Shown: positions 9,900 to 20,004 of the stretch, one piece after another
How the letters are laid out: the number at the start of each line of letters is the position of its first letter
How positions within the stretch are numbered: position 1 is the stretch's first letter
Assembly (NCBI GenBank): GCA_022446825.1
Contig: JAKVBY010000043.1
Coordinates: forward strand, 10,986-74,985
Source of the DNA: Pirellulaceae bacterium
GTDB taxonomy: Bacteria; Planctomycetota; Planctomycetia; Pirellulales; Pirellulaceae
Direction: 5' to 3'
DNA length: 64,000 nucleotides
Notes under the pieces: model-generated
The model's database searches: none
Seen by the model: only the letters and a program-made list of their open reading frames with translations
What the model was told of the DNA's origin: nothing
Position numbers and translations under genes: made by a program

Positions 9900-10652
9900 C
9901 TAAGCTTTATGCCAGGCAGTTTCATATACTTCAAAATCCTGTGGGTAGATCTGCTCTATTTTCTGTATTTGAGATCGGCTCGGCGCGTACCTCTGTCTAT
10001 TCAATTTCTTCTTCCTAAATGGCTCATCACTAGATTCCAATCGCTGATCAATCCCGCACTCACAAAAAGCTCGATTAATCCCCTCAATTAACGCCTCCAA
10101 ACGGAACACTTCCTTAAGCAGGACATTTCCGTCCAAGTCTGTAATGTCCTCCCACATAGGTGCTGTATGGGTTGTAAAATGATTTCCAAGCGGTTGATAT
10201 ATAGAGTCACTTTGGCGCGCGCCATGTGCATAGTCCAAGAAGACGTCAAATGCATAGGATGTACTAGATACTCGTTTTCGAGTCATCAGTGAGTTCTTAA
10301 CGGAATGCAACATGGTTCTCAGGTGACCAACATCTTTACCGCGACTAAACAGATAATGGAACATACTAACGCATCTATCGATTGGCTCGCGGGAAAACGC
10401 AAACGAGTACATATCGTTCCACTGGTCAGGATAGAGATGGGTCTTAGCAAACAGGCTCCGCTTGAATTGGTAATCACCCAGGACAACTCGGTAGTTATTG
10501 AGAATGTCGTTGTATTCGTCGGGCGTTGCTTGAATAAAGTTTTTCGGTTTATTTTTCCGATCGACCTCTACATAATGTTGCTGCAATAAGGCACGCGTGC
10601 TGGTTCCTGCAGCTTTTTTGATGTGCAGCCAAAATAGTTTTTTGTTGTGCAT
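9900..10652 (-). CDS. Sulfotransferase family 2-like protein
   Basis: The N-terminal motif WLHIKKAAGTSTRALL matches the H-I-P-K-t-G-G-T-S type PAPS-binding loop of the Sulfotransfer_2 family. The preferred start is ATG 10652 (MHNKKLFW). The gene lies 78 nt upstream of the first sulfotransferase on the same strand. Confidence 0.7.
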   Translation of the reverse strand: MHNKKLFWLHIKKAAGTSTRALLQQHYVEVDRKNKPKNFIQATPDEYNDILNNYRVVLGDYQFKRSLFAKTHLYPDQWNDMYSFAFSREPIDRCVSMFHYLFSRGKDVGHLRTMLHSVKNSLMTRKRVSSTSYAFDVFLDYAHGARQSDSIYQPLGNHFTTHTAPMWEDITDLDGNVLLKEVFRLEALIEGINRAFCECGIDQRLESSDEPFRKKKLNRQRYAPSRSQIQKIEQIYPQDFEVYETAWHKA

Positions 10653-11422
10653 TATTTTACCTTGTCGATATTCGATCAAGCAACAACAAGTATATACCAG
10701 GAGCTGATGTGCTAATTCGATGTAGAGGTGCAGTGGTTAAATCAGCACACGCAACACAACCTGCTGCTCGTCAGGGAGGAGCCAAATTCCGCCACGTTTT
10801 CCTGCTAGAGCCACCGGCCAAGATAAGCCACAGCAGCCATTCACAAGACTTCTGTCGGCGAACAAAAACACTCTGCAAACAATCCGAAAGCGACATCATC
10901 GCGAATGGCATCAACCGTCGCACGCACGCTTAATTACGATACTGCGATTATGCTTGCTGCTGCAACCTGTTTTTCGGTCGGTGGAAAATCCAGGACAACA
11001 GGACGCGAAAAATGAACCGTCAGAAAAAACAGACGGCTGTCGCCAACAGAAGAAAGTCGGCCTTCAAAAAGGAAAGCCAAAACTACAAAAACGTCCCGTT
11101 AACGGAAAGAAAAGAAACCGCATAGAAAACACGCCAAACGCTTTGCCTACCCAACGCGGGAAACGATATTCCTTATCCGCTCGGTAAGACGTGGTCTCCA
11201 TGAAAGGAGAGGCCTGACGGGATGAATGCCCAAAAGTAAAGGCCGACAAAACCAAAGCAACAACCGACAAAGAAGTCTGTGGCATTTTTTCTTAGACTGA
11301 AAAAGTCTTTGCCATTTCCATGGCACCCAGCAGTTAGAAAGGATCACTCGATACCTGCGGGGAATGCGGTGAGGTAAAAACCACTAAAAAAGATGAGCGA
11401 AACATCGCAGGTCGCCTTTTGA

Positions 11423-12880
11423 TTAAACAAGCAATTCGCTGCAGACGCGTGCCCCGGTGACTTCGGGATCGGTCAGCCGCTCGTTTCGACCTTTATGCCG
11501 AAAAGCGAGTTTCGTGTGGTCTATGCCAAGCTGATTGAAAATGGTTGCGTGTAAATCCGGCACACTAACACGGTCTTCCACAGAGGCATAACCAAAGTCG
11601 TCTGTTTCGCCGTGTGTGTATCCAGATTTAAATCCACCACCGGCAATGAGTGTCGTAAAGGCATTTCGGTTGTGGTCTCGGCCATCGGCACCTTCAGTGA
11701 TTGGCAATCTGCCAAACTCACCGCTCCAAATCACTACTGTTTCGTCTAGTAATCCCCTGTTCTTTAAGTCTTGAATTAACGCGGCGGATGGCTTGTCCAC
11801 GTGACTGGCGATTGTCTCAATTCCGGACTTAAGCGCGCCATGCGAATCCCAGGGCTGAAAATTAGGTTTGAGCGGTGGAAACACCTGGACATATCGAACC
11901 CCCGACTCAATGAGGCGACGCGCCATCAGACAGCGTGTTCCGTAACTTGCGGTTGTCGGATTATCGATACCGTATCGCCGACGAGTCTCCTCTGTTTCTT
12001 GTGTGATATCAAGTAGATTTTCTGCGGCCAATTGCATCCGCGCGGCCAATTCAAAATTCCGAATTCGAGCTTCTAATTCAAATTCTCGTGGATGTTCGCC
12101 AAGATGTTTCTGATTCAGCGCGGCAAGTAGATCCAGGGACCTCTTTTCTGACTTTGTTGATCGCTTCACCGACGGTCGTAAATGATGTACCACATTTCCC
12201 TTGCTGCTGAACTCTGTTCCCTGATAGAGCGCGGGCATCCAACCGCTCGACCAAACCGCCTTACCGGAAGTGTTGTAGCCTTCCGGGTCACGAAGGACGA
12301 TATACCCAGGGAGGTCCTGATTTTCACTACCAAGTCCATAGGTGATCCATGAACCGAGTGCCGGATAACCAAAGAACGGCTTACCAGACTGGAACATGCT
12401 GATGGCAAATGGGTGGTTATTGTTTACCGTGTACATGGAGCGAATCATGCACCAGTCATCCGCGGTACTTGCCATGTGTGGCAAGGGAGAACCAAAATGC
12501 ATACCGCTTTCGCCATACTGGCTGATTTCAAACTGTGGTGGCAGAACGATATTCTTATTGCCCAGTTGAAAAGTCTCTACCTCCCCTGGATGTGGCTTAC
12601 CGGCAAATTTTTGCAAAGTAGGCTTCGGATCAAACAAGTCCATTTGCGATGGGCCGCCATTCTGAAAAAGCTGTATGACGGCTTTTGCCTTTGCCGGTTG
12701 ATGCGGCGCACGCGGCTTCATATCAAACGATGTACGCTGTTCGGAGACAGCTTCCGCATGCAGGAGGCCATGCAACGCAAGGCCTCCTAAGCTCATACTG
12801 CATGCGGTGAGAGCTTGGCGTCGCGAAATCGGCATGTCGTTTAAAGCATTATTCAAAAACATGGCTTGCTGATTACTCAA
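11423..12880 (-). CDS. DUF1501 domain protein (sulfatase/alkaline-phosphatase-like fold), Tat-signal
   Basis: The ORF is 485 aa. It has a twin-arginine-type N-terminus, SRRQALTACSMSLGGLAL. The characteristic C-terminal block reads WSGEFGRLP...GRDHN...GGGFK.G...GETDDFG. Its start overlaps the stop of the upstream DUF1553 gene by 8 nt. Confidence 0.9.
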   Translation of the reverse strand: MSNQQAMFLNNALNDMPISRRQALTACSMSLGGLALHGLLHAEAVSEQRTSFDMKPRAPHQPAKAKAVIQLFQNGGPSQMDLFDPKPTLQKFAGKPHPGEVETFQLGNKNIVLPPQFEISQYGESGMHFGSPLPHMASTADDWCMIRSMYTVNNNHPFAISMFQSGKPFFGYPALGSWITYGLGSENQDLPGYIVLRDPEGYNTSGKAVWSSGWMPALYQGTEFSSKGNVVHHLRPSVKRSTKSEKRSLDLLAALNQKHLGEHPREFELEARIRNFELAARMQLAAENLLDITQETEETRRRYGIDNPTTASYGTRCLMARRLIESGVRYVQVFPPLKPNFQPWDSHGALKSGIETIASHVDKPSAALIQDLKNRGLLDETVVIWSGEFGRLPITEGADGRDHNRNAFTTLIAGGGFKSGYTHGETDDFGYASVEDRVSVPDLHATIFNQLGIDHTKLAFRHKGRNERLTDPEVTGARVCSELLV

Positions 12881-15800
12881 TGTAAAGGAACTCGTTCATG
12901 CAGAGCAGCATGTGGCAAAGATCCGCCACTGCAAGTTGATATCCTTCACCTTCGTTCTCCGATTCAAAGGCGGTGAACTGTTCTGTGAGGTGTTGGATAC
13001 AAAGAGCAGCTTCGTCAAGGGCTGGCTTGCGCCCCAGAATCATGTTGAACGCATCACTTACCAGTGTTGGTGAATCTTGTTCTGGGACTCTCACTAGTAG
13101 TTGGCTTGCAGATGCCTTCGCAGCATTAATGACAAAATCACTGTTAAGCTGAGCAAACGACTGAAGGACCGTTGTTGAATTACTGCGTCGATTACAATTG
13201 ATGGCCATGATGGGAGCATCGAAGATCTCCATGAACTTGAGTGGGTAGACTCTGCGTGCAAAGACGTACACGCTGCGTCGCTGATGTTCGTGGCCCGATG
13301 CGCCAGGTTCAACCATGGACAGCCCAGATACTGGCTTTGTGATTCCCACGGGTGGGCCGAAGGAACGATAGTCGACTTGACCTGAAACAGCGAGCATGGA
13401 GTCACGTATGATCTCTGATTCAAGTCGTTGTAGGTTTTGTCGCCACAGCAGTATATTGTCGGGATCGAGGGATTCCGCTTGGCTCTCGGAGGCCGAGCGA
13501 CGGGAAGACTGTTTGTAGGCTCGCGAGTTGAGCAGAATGCGGTGCATGTGCTTTAGATCCCAACCGGAATCTTGAAACTCCACAGCAAGCCAATCAAGCA
13601 ACTCAGGGTGCGAGGGAAGAGCACCGCTGCGGCCCAGATTTTCAGGCGTCAAGACGATTGCTTCACCAAAGTGATGTAGCCAAAGTCGATTCATGACGAC
13701 GCGCGAAGTCATCGGGTTTTGACGTGATGTAATCCAACGGGCCAATTGAAGTCGGCGTCCCGAAGTGTACTTGGGTAGAGTAGGATCATCAGCAACTGGT
13801 TCGGCTCGGGCCGTCAGGTTGCGCCGGAACACTTCCGGGATCTCAGGTTTGACGGGTATACCCCGTTTGAAGTAATCACCTCGCCTGAATACGTTCGTGA
13901 CTGGAGGATCATTCACGTCAAACAGTGCTTGGATCTTGCCGTGGGATTGTTTTTGGCCACTGAGCGCCTGAATCTGTGCTTGAAGCTCTGCGATCTTTTC
14001 GTCATGACCGTTGTTGCCATTGTCGGCGTTCTCTTTTGTAAGTACCTCCACTTGTTGATTAAGTGGAGTAAGCTGCGCATCGATCTCTGCGTTATGGGCG
14101 TTTTGTCGCTCGACAGCCAGCGGGCCAATGTCCGGGATCCATCTATCTTGCGGCTTCAACCAGTTTCGCGGGTTATAGGACGACTCGAAATATGCGAGCA
14201 GGCTGTAATAATCGCGTTGCGTGATGGGGTCGAACTTGTGGTTGTGGCATCGCGAGCATTCAAACGTCATTCCGAGTAGGCTTGTAGATACCATCGACAT
14301 CAAGTCGTACATCACCTCGTAGCGTTTACCAATGCCATACTGTGCTTCCGATGTAGGATCTTCAATATTTCGCAGGTAGCCTGTCGCAACAACCTTGTCC
14401 ATCACTGCGGAGGACCAGTCGTCGGTTTGCTTCCAGTCTACGAGTTCGTCACCTGCCAATTGCTCATGGATGAATTGGTCGTATGGCTTTCCAGAGTTAA
14501 ATGACCGGATGATGTAATCACGGTATCTCCACATGCCTTCGTTGACATATACGGTTGTGCCGTCGCCATCATAAAGACGGACGTCGACGTACCCAACCGT
14601 GTCCATCCAATGGCGTCCCCACCGTTCTCCATAACGCGGTGAGGCAAGTAGGCGATCTACTAAGCGAGAATAAGCGTTCGGTGCCGCATCCGTTAGAAAA
14701 TCCCGTACTTCATCTGGTGTAGGAGGTAAACCGATAAGATCAAAGTACAGTCGGCGGACAAGCGTTTCGTTGGGGGCAACATCCGAATAGGACAGTGATT
14801 TTTCTTCCAGTGGTTGTAGAAGAAAATAATCAACAGGGGACTCACCCAACTCAGTGGCAGCAACAATTGGGAGGGAGTGTTTTTGAGGAAGCTTATATGA
14901 CCAGAATTGTCGGTCCTCATCATTAATGTAGGTGCGAGGTTTCATGCCTGACAGATCTTCGGAGGTGGCTGCACCCGACTTAATCCATCTAAAGATGATG
15001 GATTTCTCTCGGGCACTTAATGGTTCAGCATCCTCCGGTGGCATTTCCCCTTGCTGTATCATGGTCCAGAAATAACTTGAATCGGGGTTACCTGGCTCGA
15101 GTGCTGGTCCGTTTTCACCGCCGTAAATGATCTTGCTCACGGTGTCGAGTGCGAGATCGGCCTCCTGTGTGTCCGGGCCATGGCAGTCGAGGCAGCGAGA
15201 TGACAATATTGGCAGGACATCTTTCTCAAAGGTTGATGGCGCTGGGGGAGTGTATTTTTCTGAGGTAATGTCCAACTGGATAGTCGTGGCGTCGCCGTGA
15301 TGCGGTGCTTCCGAGCCATTAGGTCTGCAATCGACGATCAGGTAAATAAACATCCCTGCTTCAATATCGATGTCACGGATGTCGAATTCAGCAGGTCCGC
15401 CATTCTGGGCGTCCGAGATGCCATTAGCCAAAGTGACGGATGCTGAGGGTTTCTCAAGATTTGGCGCCGGGCCAAGCTCAAGATACCAATTGACTTGGGA
15501 GTTCTCACCACAGCAGAGTTGTCGATTATCTACGACGCCAGTGATGGTGAGTGTTGCATCGGAAGGGCAACGCCATCCCAGAACAACGGCATGTTCTGCT
15601 CCCGGAGCAACCAGGATTTCACCTTTATTCCAGACGACATCTGCCGTATAGGTTTGCAAGACCGATGCAATGAAAGGTGCCTTGTCATGTGGCGTTGTTT
15701 CAAAAATCGCACCGGAAAGTGGTTGGCCGAAGAGATTCTGCTTGATGTAATCAAGCGGCGCGTACATGCCGTCATGTTTCCATGTACGAGTTCCAACGGG

Positions 15801-15983
15801 CCCGGCAAAGTTGGTGGTTCGCAGAAGATGCCAAGTGGGCTGACCGAAAACGTCCGTAGCGACCACCGCATCACCGCGAATCACATCGGCATTCAGCGAC
15901 CAAGTATGTGACTTAGTCTCCTGCGCAAACGTGCTCTCAGCACATACCAGCAAAACAGTAAAAGATACAAAAAATCTCACCAT
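12873..15983 (-). CDS. PSCyt1/DUF1549/DUF1553 (planctomycete cytochrome-c domain) protein
   Basis: The ORF is 1036 aa with a signal peptide. It has a CxxCH haem-binding motif in the context LSSRCLDCHGPD (PSCyt1). It has DUF1549-like (FWSY..P....P) and DUF1553-like (ECSRCHNHKFDP) blocks. It is in the canonical pairing with a downstream DUF1501 gene. Confidence 0.9.
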   Translation of the reverse strand: MVRFFVSFTVLLVCAESTFAQETKSHTWSLNADVIRGDAVVATDVFGQPTWHLLRTTNFAGPVGTRTWKHDGMYAPLDYIKQNLFGQPLSGAIFETTPHDKAPFIASVLQTYTADVVWNKGEILVAPGAEHAVVLGWRCPSDATLTITGVVDNRQLCCGENSQVNWYLELGPAPNLEKPSASVTLANGISDAQNGGPAEFDIRDIDIEAGMFIYLIVDCRPNGSEAPHHGDATTIQLDITSEKYTPPAPSTFEKDVLPILSSRCLDCHGPDTQEADLALDTVSKIIYGGENGPALEPGNPDSSYFWTMIQQGEMPPEDAEPLSAREKSIIFRWIKSGAATSEDLSGMKPRTYINDEDRQFWSYKLPQKHSLPIVAATELGESPVDYFLLQPLEEKSLSYSDVAPNETLVRRLYFDLIGLPPTPDEVRDFLTDAAPNAYSRLVDRLLASPRYGERWGRHWMDTVGYVDVRLYDGDGTTVYVNEGMWRYRDYIIRSFNSGKPYDQFIHEQLAGDELVDWKQTDDWSSAVMDKVVATGYLRNIEDPTSEAQYGIGKRYEVMYDLMSMVSTSLLGMTFECSRCHNHKFDPITQRDYYSLLAYFESSYNPRNWLKPQDRWIPDIGPLAVERQNAHNAEIDAQLTPLNQQVEVLTKENADNGNNGHDEKIAELQAQIQALSGQKQSHGKIQALFDVNDPPVTNVFRRGDYFKRGIPVKPEIPEVFRRNLTARAEPVADDPTLPKYTSGRRLQLARWITSRQNPMTSRVVMNRLWLHHFGEAIVLTPENLGRSGALPSHPELLDWLAVEFQDSGWDLKHMHRILLNSRAYKQSSRRSASESQAESLDPDNILLWRQNLQRLESEIIRDSMLAVSGQVDYRSFGPPVGITKPVSGLSMVEPGASGHEHQRRSVYVFARRVYPLKFMEIFDAPIMAINCNRRSNSTTVLQSFAQLNSDFVINAAKASASQLLVRVPEQDSPTLVSDAFNMILGRKPALDEAALCIQHLTEQFTAFESENEGEGYQLAVADLCHMLLCMNEFLYIE

Positions 15984-16595
15984 CCTCGAATTATAACAGA
16001 TTAATGCCCCACCGGTCCGGCAGGTTCAAGCATGATCATGACAAAAAACATACTTCTCCAGAGGTGGTTCCAGATGTAAATCAACAGTCACGGAATCAGC
16101 AGTACAAGGAACATGCTGGGGAGGAACAATGTTGAGCGAAATTTCACCTTAACTTCGACATTCCTCAAGCTCAGACATGGTCATGTCCGCGGGGACTTGG
16201 GTTTTCCTTTGACCGGATACGGATCATGAAATCTGTAAAAACCCTGTACTGGCGGTGATTTTATCCGCTTTGGCTCGCTATGGGCCTCTGATGAAACAAC
16301 GGTAACTCTCATCGCAGCAATCTTATGATAGAAATGGTCGGCGTCTCAGAATGACATTTCAAAACCAAGTCCACTTCTTTTTTCTTTTTCCACGCATGCG
16401 AGTTTTGTGAGATCAATGGAAAGGAAAAGCCTGGCGTGGGACCGCCGCAGATAGGCGTTAGGTGCATGGTTCTCTGAAACTAACAACCCATTGCAACGTG
16501 TTGCGCGCATCCCAACCCTGGCGCTCTTAATGAGGAAGTCAAGGATGGGGGATTCAAGACAACGAAATTTCCGCGAGTAGGAATTACCCTTGACG

Positions 16596-18311
16596 TCAAA
16601 ACACGAAATACTTTTGTGCCAGAGGTAATCTTTCAGCCGGGTCGCATGTTAACGCTTGCCCATCCGCAGTCACCTCGTAGGTCTCTGGATCGACGTGAAT
16701 TTCGGGCGTGGCGTTATTCCAAACCATGTCTGCTTTGGTCACCGAACGACAACCGGCAACGGGCACGATCTGTTTCCGCAGTTCGTAGTCGCCAAGGTCC
16801 CCTTCCTGAACACTGATTTGACTAACAAAGGCCGCCGAAATCGGACTTGTCGCCTTGCCAAACGACCCAAACATGGGACGCATGAAGACGGGCTGGGGCG
16901 TGGGGATGGAGGCATTCGGATCTCCCATTTGAGACCAGGCAATGACACCGCCTTTAATCACCATTTCGGGCTTACTCCCAAAGAATGCTGGCTTCCAAAG
17001 GACCAAATCTGCAAGTTTCCCCACTTCTACAGAACCAACGATATGCGCGACGCCATGGGCCAGCGCCGGATTGATGGTGTATTTCGAGACATAGCGTTTA
17101 ATGCGGAGGTTGTCGTGATCAGCGGAATCTTCGCAAAGCGATCCACGCTGTTGTTTCATTTTGTCAGCGGTCTGCCAGGTACGCGTGATGACTTCCCCCA
17201 CACGGCCCATGGCTTGCGCATCCGAACCCATGATGCTGATCGCTCCGAGGTCGTGCAGGATATCTTCTGCAGCAATGGTTTCACCACGAATCCTACTTTC
17301 GGCAAAGGCCACATCCTCGGGTAGATTTTTGTCCAGGTGATGGCAGACCATCAACATGTCCAGGTGCTCGTCGATGGTGTTAATGGTGTAGGGCCGCGTC
17401 GGGTTGGTAGAACTTGGTAAGACATTGCGTTCACCACAGACTTTGATAATATCAGGCGCGTGCCCACCACCAGCACCTTCGCTGTGATAAGTATGAATTG
17501 TGCGATTCTTGAAAGCCGCAATCGACGTTTCCACAAATCCTGATTCATTCAACGTATCGGTGTGAATGGCGACCTGAACATCATACTTTTCTGCAATGTC
17601 GAGACAGCAATCAATGGCGGCCGGCGTGGTTCCCCAATCTTCGTGGAGTTTTAGACCCAAGGCACCCGCCACAATCTGCTCATCTAGACCTGCCGGTTTG
17701 GCCGAATTGCCCTTCGCAAGAAAACCAAAGTTAAGCGGCAAATCATCGGTTGCCTGCAGCATCATACGAATGTTATTTTTGCCCGGGGTACAAGTCGTCG
17801 CGCAGGTACCGGTGGCGGGACCGGTCCCTCCTCCAATCATCGTCGTCAACCCACTGGCAATGGCTTCATGAGCTTGCTGGGGGCAAATATAATGCACGTG
17901 GCTATCGAGCCCACCCGCGGTCAAAATCAATCCCTCGCCCGCAGTCACTTCGGTCGTTGGGCCCACAATCATCTTGGCATCAACACCTGCCATCACGTCT
18001 GGATTTCCAGCTTTGCCGATGCCGACGATCCTACCATCCTTAATCCCCACGTCGGCCTTAACAATCCCCGTGTAATCCACAATCAAGGCATTGGTGATCA
18101 AGAGATCAAGTGCTTCCTGGTTAGAAACTCCCGTTGCCTGCCCCATGCCTTCCCGGAGGACCTTACCACCACCAAACTTGCATTCATCGCCGTAAACGGT
18201 GTGATCTTTTTCCACTTGCAGAAAAAGGGAAGTATCGCCGAGACGTACGCGATCACCCGTTGTTGGTCCATAAATTTCTGCATATTCGTTACGTTTAATT
18301 TTGAATGGCAT
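16596..18311 (-). CDS. ureC: Urease subunit alpha
   Basis: The ORF is 571 aa. It begins [27 protein letters not shown] and contains [31 protein letters not shown] and the C-terminus LAQKYFVF. These are classical UreC nickel-site and flap regions. Confidence 0.97.
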   Translation of the reverse strand: MPFKIKRNEYAEIYGPTTGDRVRLGDTSLFLQVEKDHTVYGDECKFGGGKVLREGMGQATGVSNQEALDLLITNALIVDYTGIVKADVGIKDGRIVGIGKAGNPDVMAGVDAKMIVGPTTEVTAGEGLILTAGGLDSHVHYICPQQAHEAIASGLTTMIGGGTGPATGTCATTCTPGKNNIRMMLQATDDLPLNFGFLAKGNSAKPAGLDEQIVAGALGLKLHEDWGTTPAAIDCCLDIAEKYDVQVAIHTDTLNESGFVETSIAAFKNRTIHTYHSEGAGGGHAPDIIKVCGERNVLPSSTNPTRPYTINTIDEHLDMLMVCHHLDKNLPEDVAFAESRIRGETIAAEDILHDLGAISIMGSDAQAMGRVGEVITRTWQTADKMKQQRGSLCEDSADHDNLRIKRYVSKYTINPALAHGVAHIVGSVEVGKLADLVLWKPAFFGSKPEMVIKGGVIAWSQMGDPNASIPTPQPVFMRPMFGSFGKATSPISAAFVSQISVQEGDLGDYELRKQIVPVAGCRSVTKADMVWNNATPEIHVDPETYEVTADGQALTCDPAERLPLAQKYFVF

Positions 18312-18379
18312 AAGGTATTATCCCGTAAAACTCAGCCTGCTTCATGTTGATTGTTGGAGTTCTATAACGCCGTCTTGCA

Positions 18380-19138
18380 TCACATTTTCTTGTGGGCAAA
18401 ACCACCTGCTTGAACCTTCTCCAGCGTCGCCTGTCGGCCATCCTCATCGGCCACGCAGTCCGCAAGATTGTTTCCTCCCCGCATGACGCGATTTCCAGCA
18501 ATCTCAACAAGCGAAACAGATTTTGATTCGCCTGGCTCGAAACGTACCGCCGTTCCTGCCGGAATGTCGAGCCGTCTTCCAAAAGCTAAGGCCCGATCGA
18601 ACTCTAATTCGGCATTGGTCTCAACAAAGTGGTAGTGGCTCCCGACCTGAATGGGGCGATCGCCAAGGTTCGTCACCTTTACCTGAATGCTGTCGCGACC
18701 GTCATTAAGGACAAGTTCTTCCACTCCGGTAACGAATTCACCAGGAATTGGCGCCGCATCCGCTGCAGCAAAAACATCCAGTTCCGGAACAGGGAGAAAG
18801 CTTCCATAAAGCGCCAGAGTCAAATCACCATTCTCGGCAACGATTGGGTGGTGAACAGTGACCAGTTTGGTTCCGTCAGGAAAGGTACCTTCGACTTGGA
18901 CTTCTGCAATCATCTCTGGCACCCCCGGCATAGCCTGCCTACGGCCTAGGAATTGCCGTCCCAAGTCCATCAGCTCTGCAACGGATCTGCCGTCACGAAT
19001 GAATTCAAGTAATTGCGTCGCAATCAACGCCATCGATTCGGGATAGTTTAACCGGACACCCCGCGCCAAACGCTTTTGCGCGATAAACCCTACGTTGTGT
19101 AGGGTGAGCTTTTCTATTTCACGGGGCGTCAAGTGCAT
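18380..19138 (-). CDS. ureAB: Fused urease gamma-beta subunit (UreA-UreB fusion)
   Basis: The ORF is 252 aa. Residues 1-100 are UreA-like ([34 protein letters not shown]...). A linker of about 30 aa follows. Residues from about 131 onward are UreB-like (IPGEF...[33 protein letters not shown]). Confidence 0.93.
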   Translation of the reverse strand: MHLTPREIEKLTLHNVGFIAQKRLARGVRLNYPESMALIATQLLEFIRDGRSVAELMDLGRQFLGRRQAMPGVPEMIAEVQVEGTFPDGTKLVTVHHPIVAENGDLTLALYGSFLPVPELDVFAAADAAPIPGEFVTGVEELVLNDGRDSIQVKVTNLGDRPIQVGSHYHFVETNAELEFDRALAFGRRLDIPAGTAVRFEPGESKSVSLVEIAGNRVMRGGNNLADCVADEDGRQATLEKVQAGGFAHKKM

Positions 19139-19185
19139 GCTGCCAACCTTGCTTCGCTGGAAAATGAAATCACCAAATCAACATC

Positions 19186-19998
19186 TTACCATTTTCTAGA
19201 CCAGGGACCCTCACCAATCCAAGACAAGAGAAAATCGAGCCGCTCTTGCAGGACGTAGCTAACTTGTTCGGTTTCGCAACCCATGATCCTCAACACAATT
19301 CCTCCGGGAATTTCACTAACCGCCTGAATGAGGGGAATACCAGGTTCAATTGGTTGGTTGGAGATCTCACTCAAGATGGCCTCCGCTGCCTGCTGCACTA
19401 TGGGACCGACAAGAACCAACAAGGCCATGCAATGAAACTTACCTAGTCGATAGGGTGAATTCAAAGGTCCGTCTATGGGATCCAGCAAGAGCGATTCAAA
19501 GAAAATGCGTTGGTCCGCGCGTCGCAGGTCGATTTGGCTGGAATAACGCGAGAATTTCCAACATTCGTCGCGGGCTCGCCGTCCGCTCGTCAGCCAATCA
19601 ACCAATACTAAACTTGCCGTCTTCGCCAAGTCCAACCGCTGCTCCTGTTGATAACGAGAGCCGGCAAAACAGGTCATCGGATCTGGGGCAATGACCAGGA
19701 GCGCCTCCTCTCCAATTGCCACTTGAGTCGTCTGTCGCGTAGTCTGTCCTTGAGGGCACTTATAGACCTTGGTCGAAGATTGGGAAGTCAGGACACATGA
19801 AGTGCCGTCACCAATCTCGAGGTTTAAGTCAATGTGGTCACCCGCAACCAAGCCCCCGCCAAAAGTGGTGGTATAGACCCAGGCCGTTTGCGAACGCCGG
19901 GGGCAGAGGAGCTTGAGTGGATTAGACGCCTGGGCACGGATTATCTCCGTTCGGTCTGTGACCCATGCAGTTTTTAAGAAACCTTTTCCGACTACCAC
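19186..19998 (-). CDS. ureD: Urease accessory protein UreD/UreH
   Basis: The ORF is 270 aa with a GTG start. Its position is immediately upstream of the structural genes. It carries the TTFGGGLVAGD block typical of UreD. The start lies 6 nt after the urtE stop. Confidence 0.85.
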   Translation of the reverse strand: MVVGKGFLKTAWVTDRTEIIRAQASNPLKLLCPRRSQTAWVYTTTFGGGLVAGDHIDLNLEIGDGTSCVLTSQSSTKVYKCPQGQTTRQTTQVAIGEEALLVIAPDPMTCFAGSRYQQEQRLDLAKTASLVLVDWLTSGRRARDECWKFSRYSSQIDLRRADQRIFFESLLLDPIDGPLNSPYRLGKFHCMALLVLVGPIVQQAAEAILSEISNQPIEPGIPLIQAVSEIPGGIVLRIMGCETEQVSYVLQERLDFLLSWIGEGPWSRKW

Positions 19999-20004
19999 GC
20001 CCCA

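Noticed and set aside
10954-11285. Small ORFs in the sulfotransferase-DUF1501 gap: a 77-aa (+) Lys/Gln-rich ORF and a 73-aa (-) ORF with a signal-like N-terminus.
   Set aside because: They overlap each other. The plus ORF is a by-product of a purine-rich tract. The minus ORF has no RBS and a low-complexity Phe-rich tail. They cannot be supported from sequence alone.
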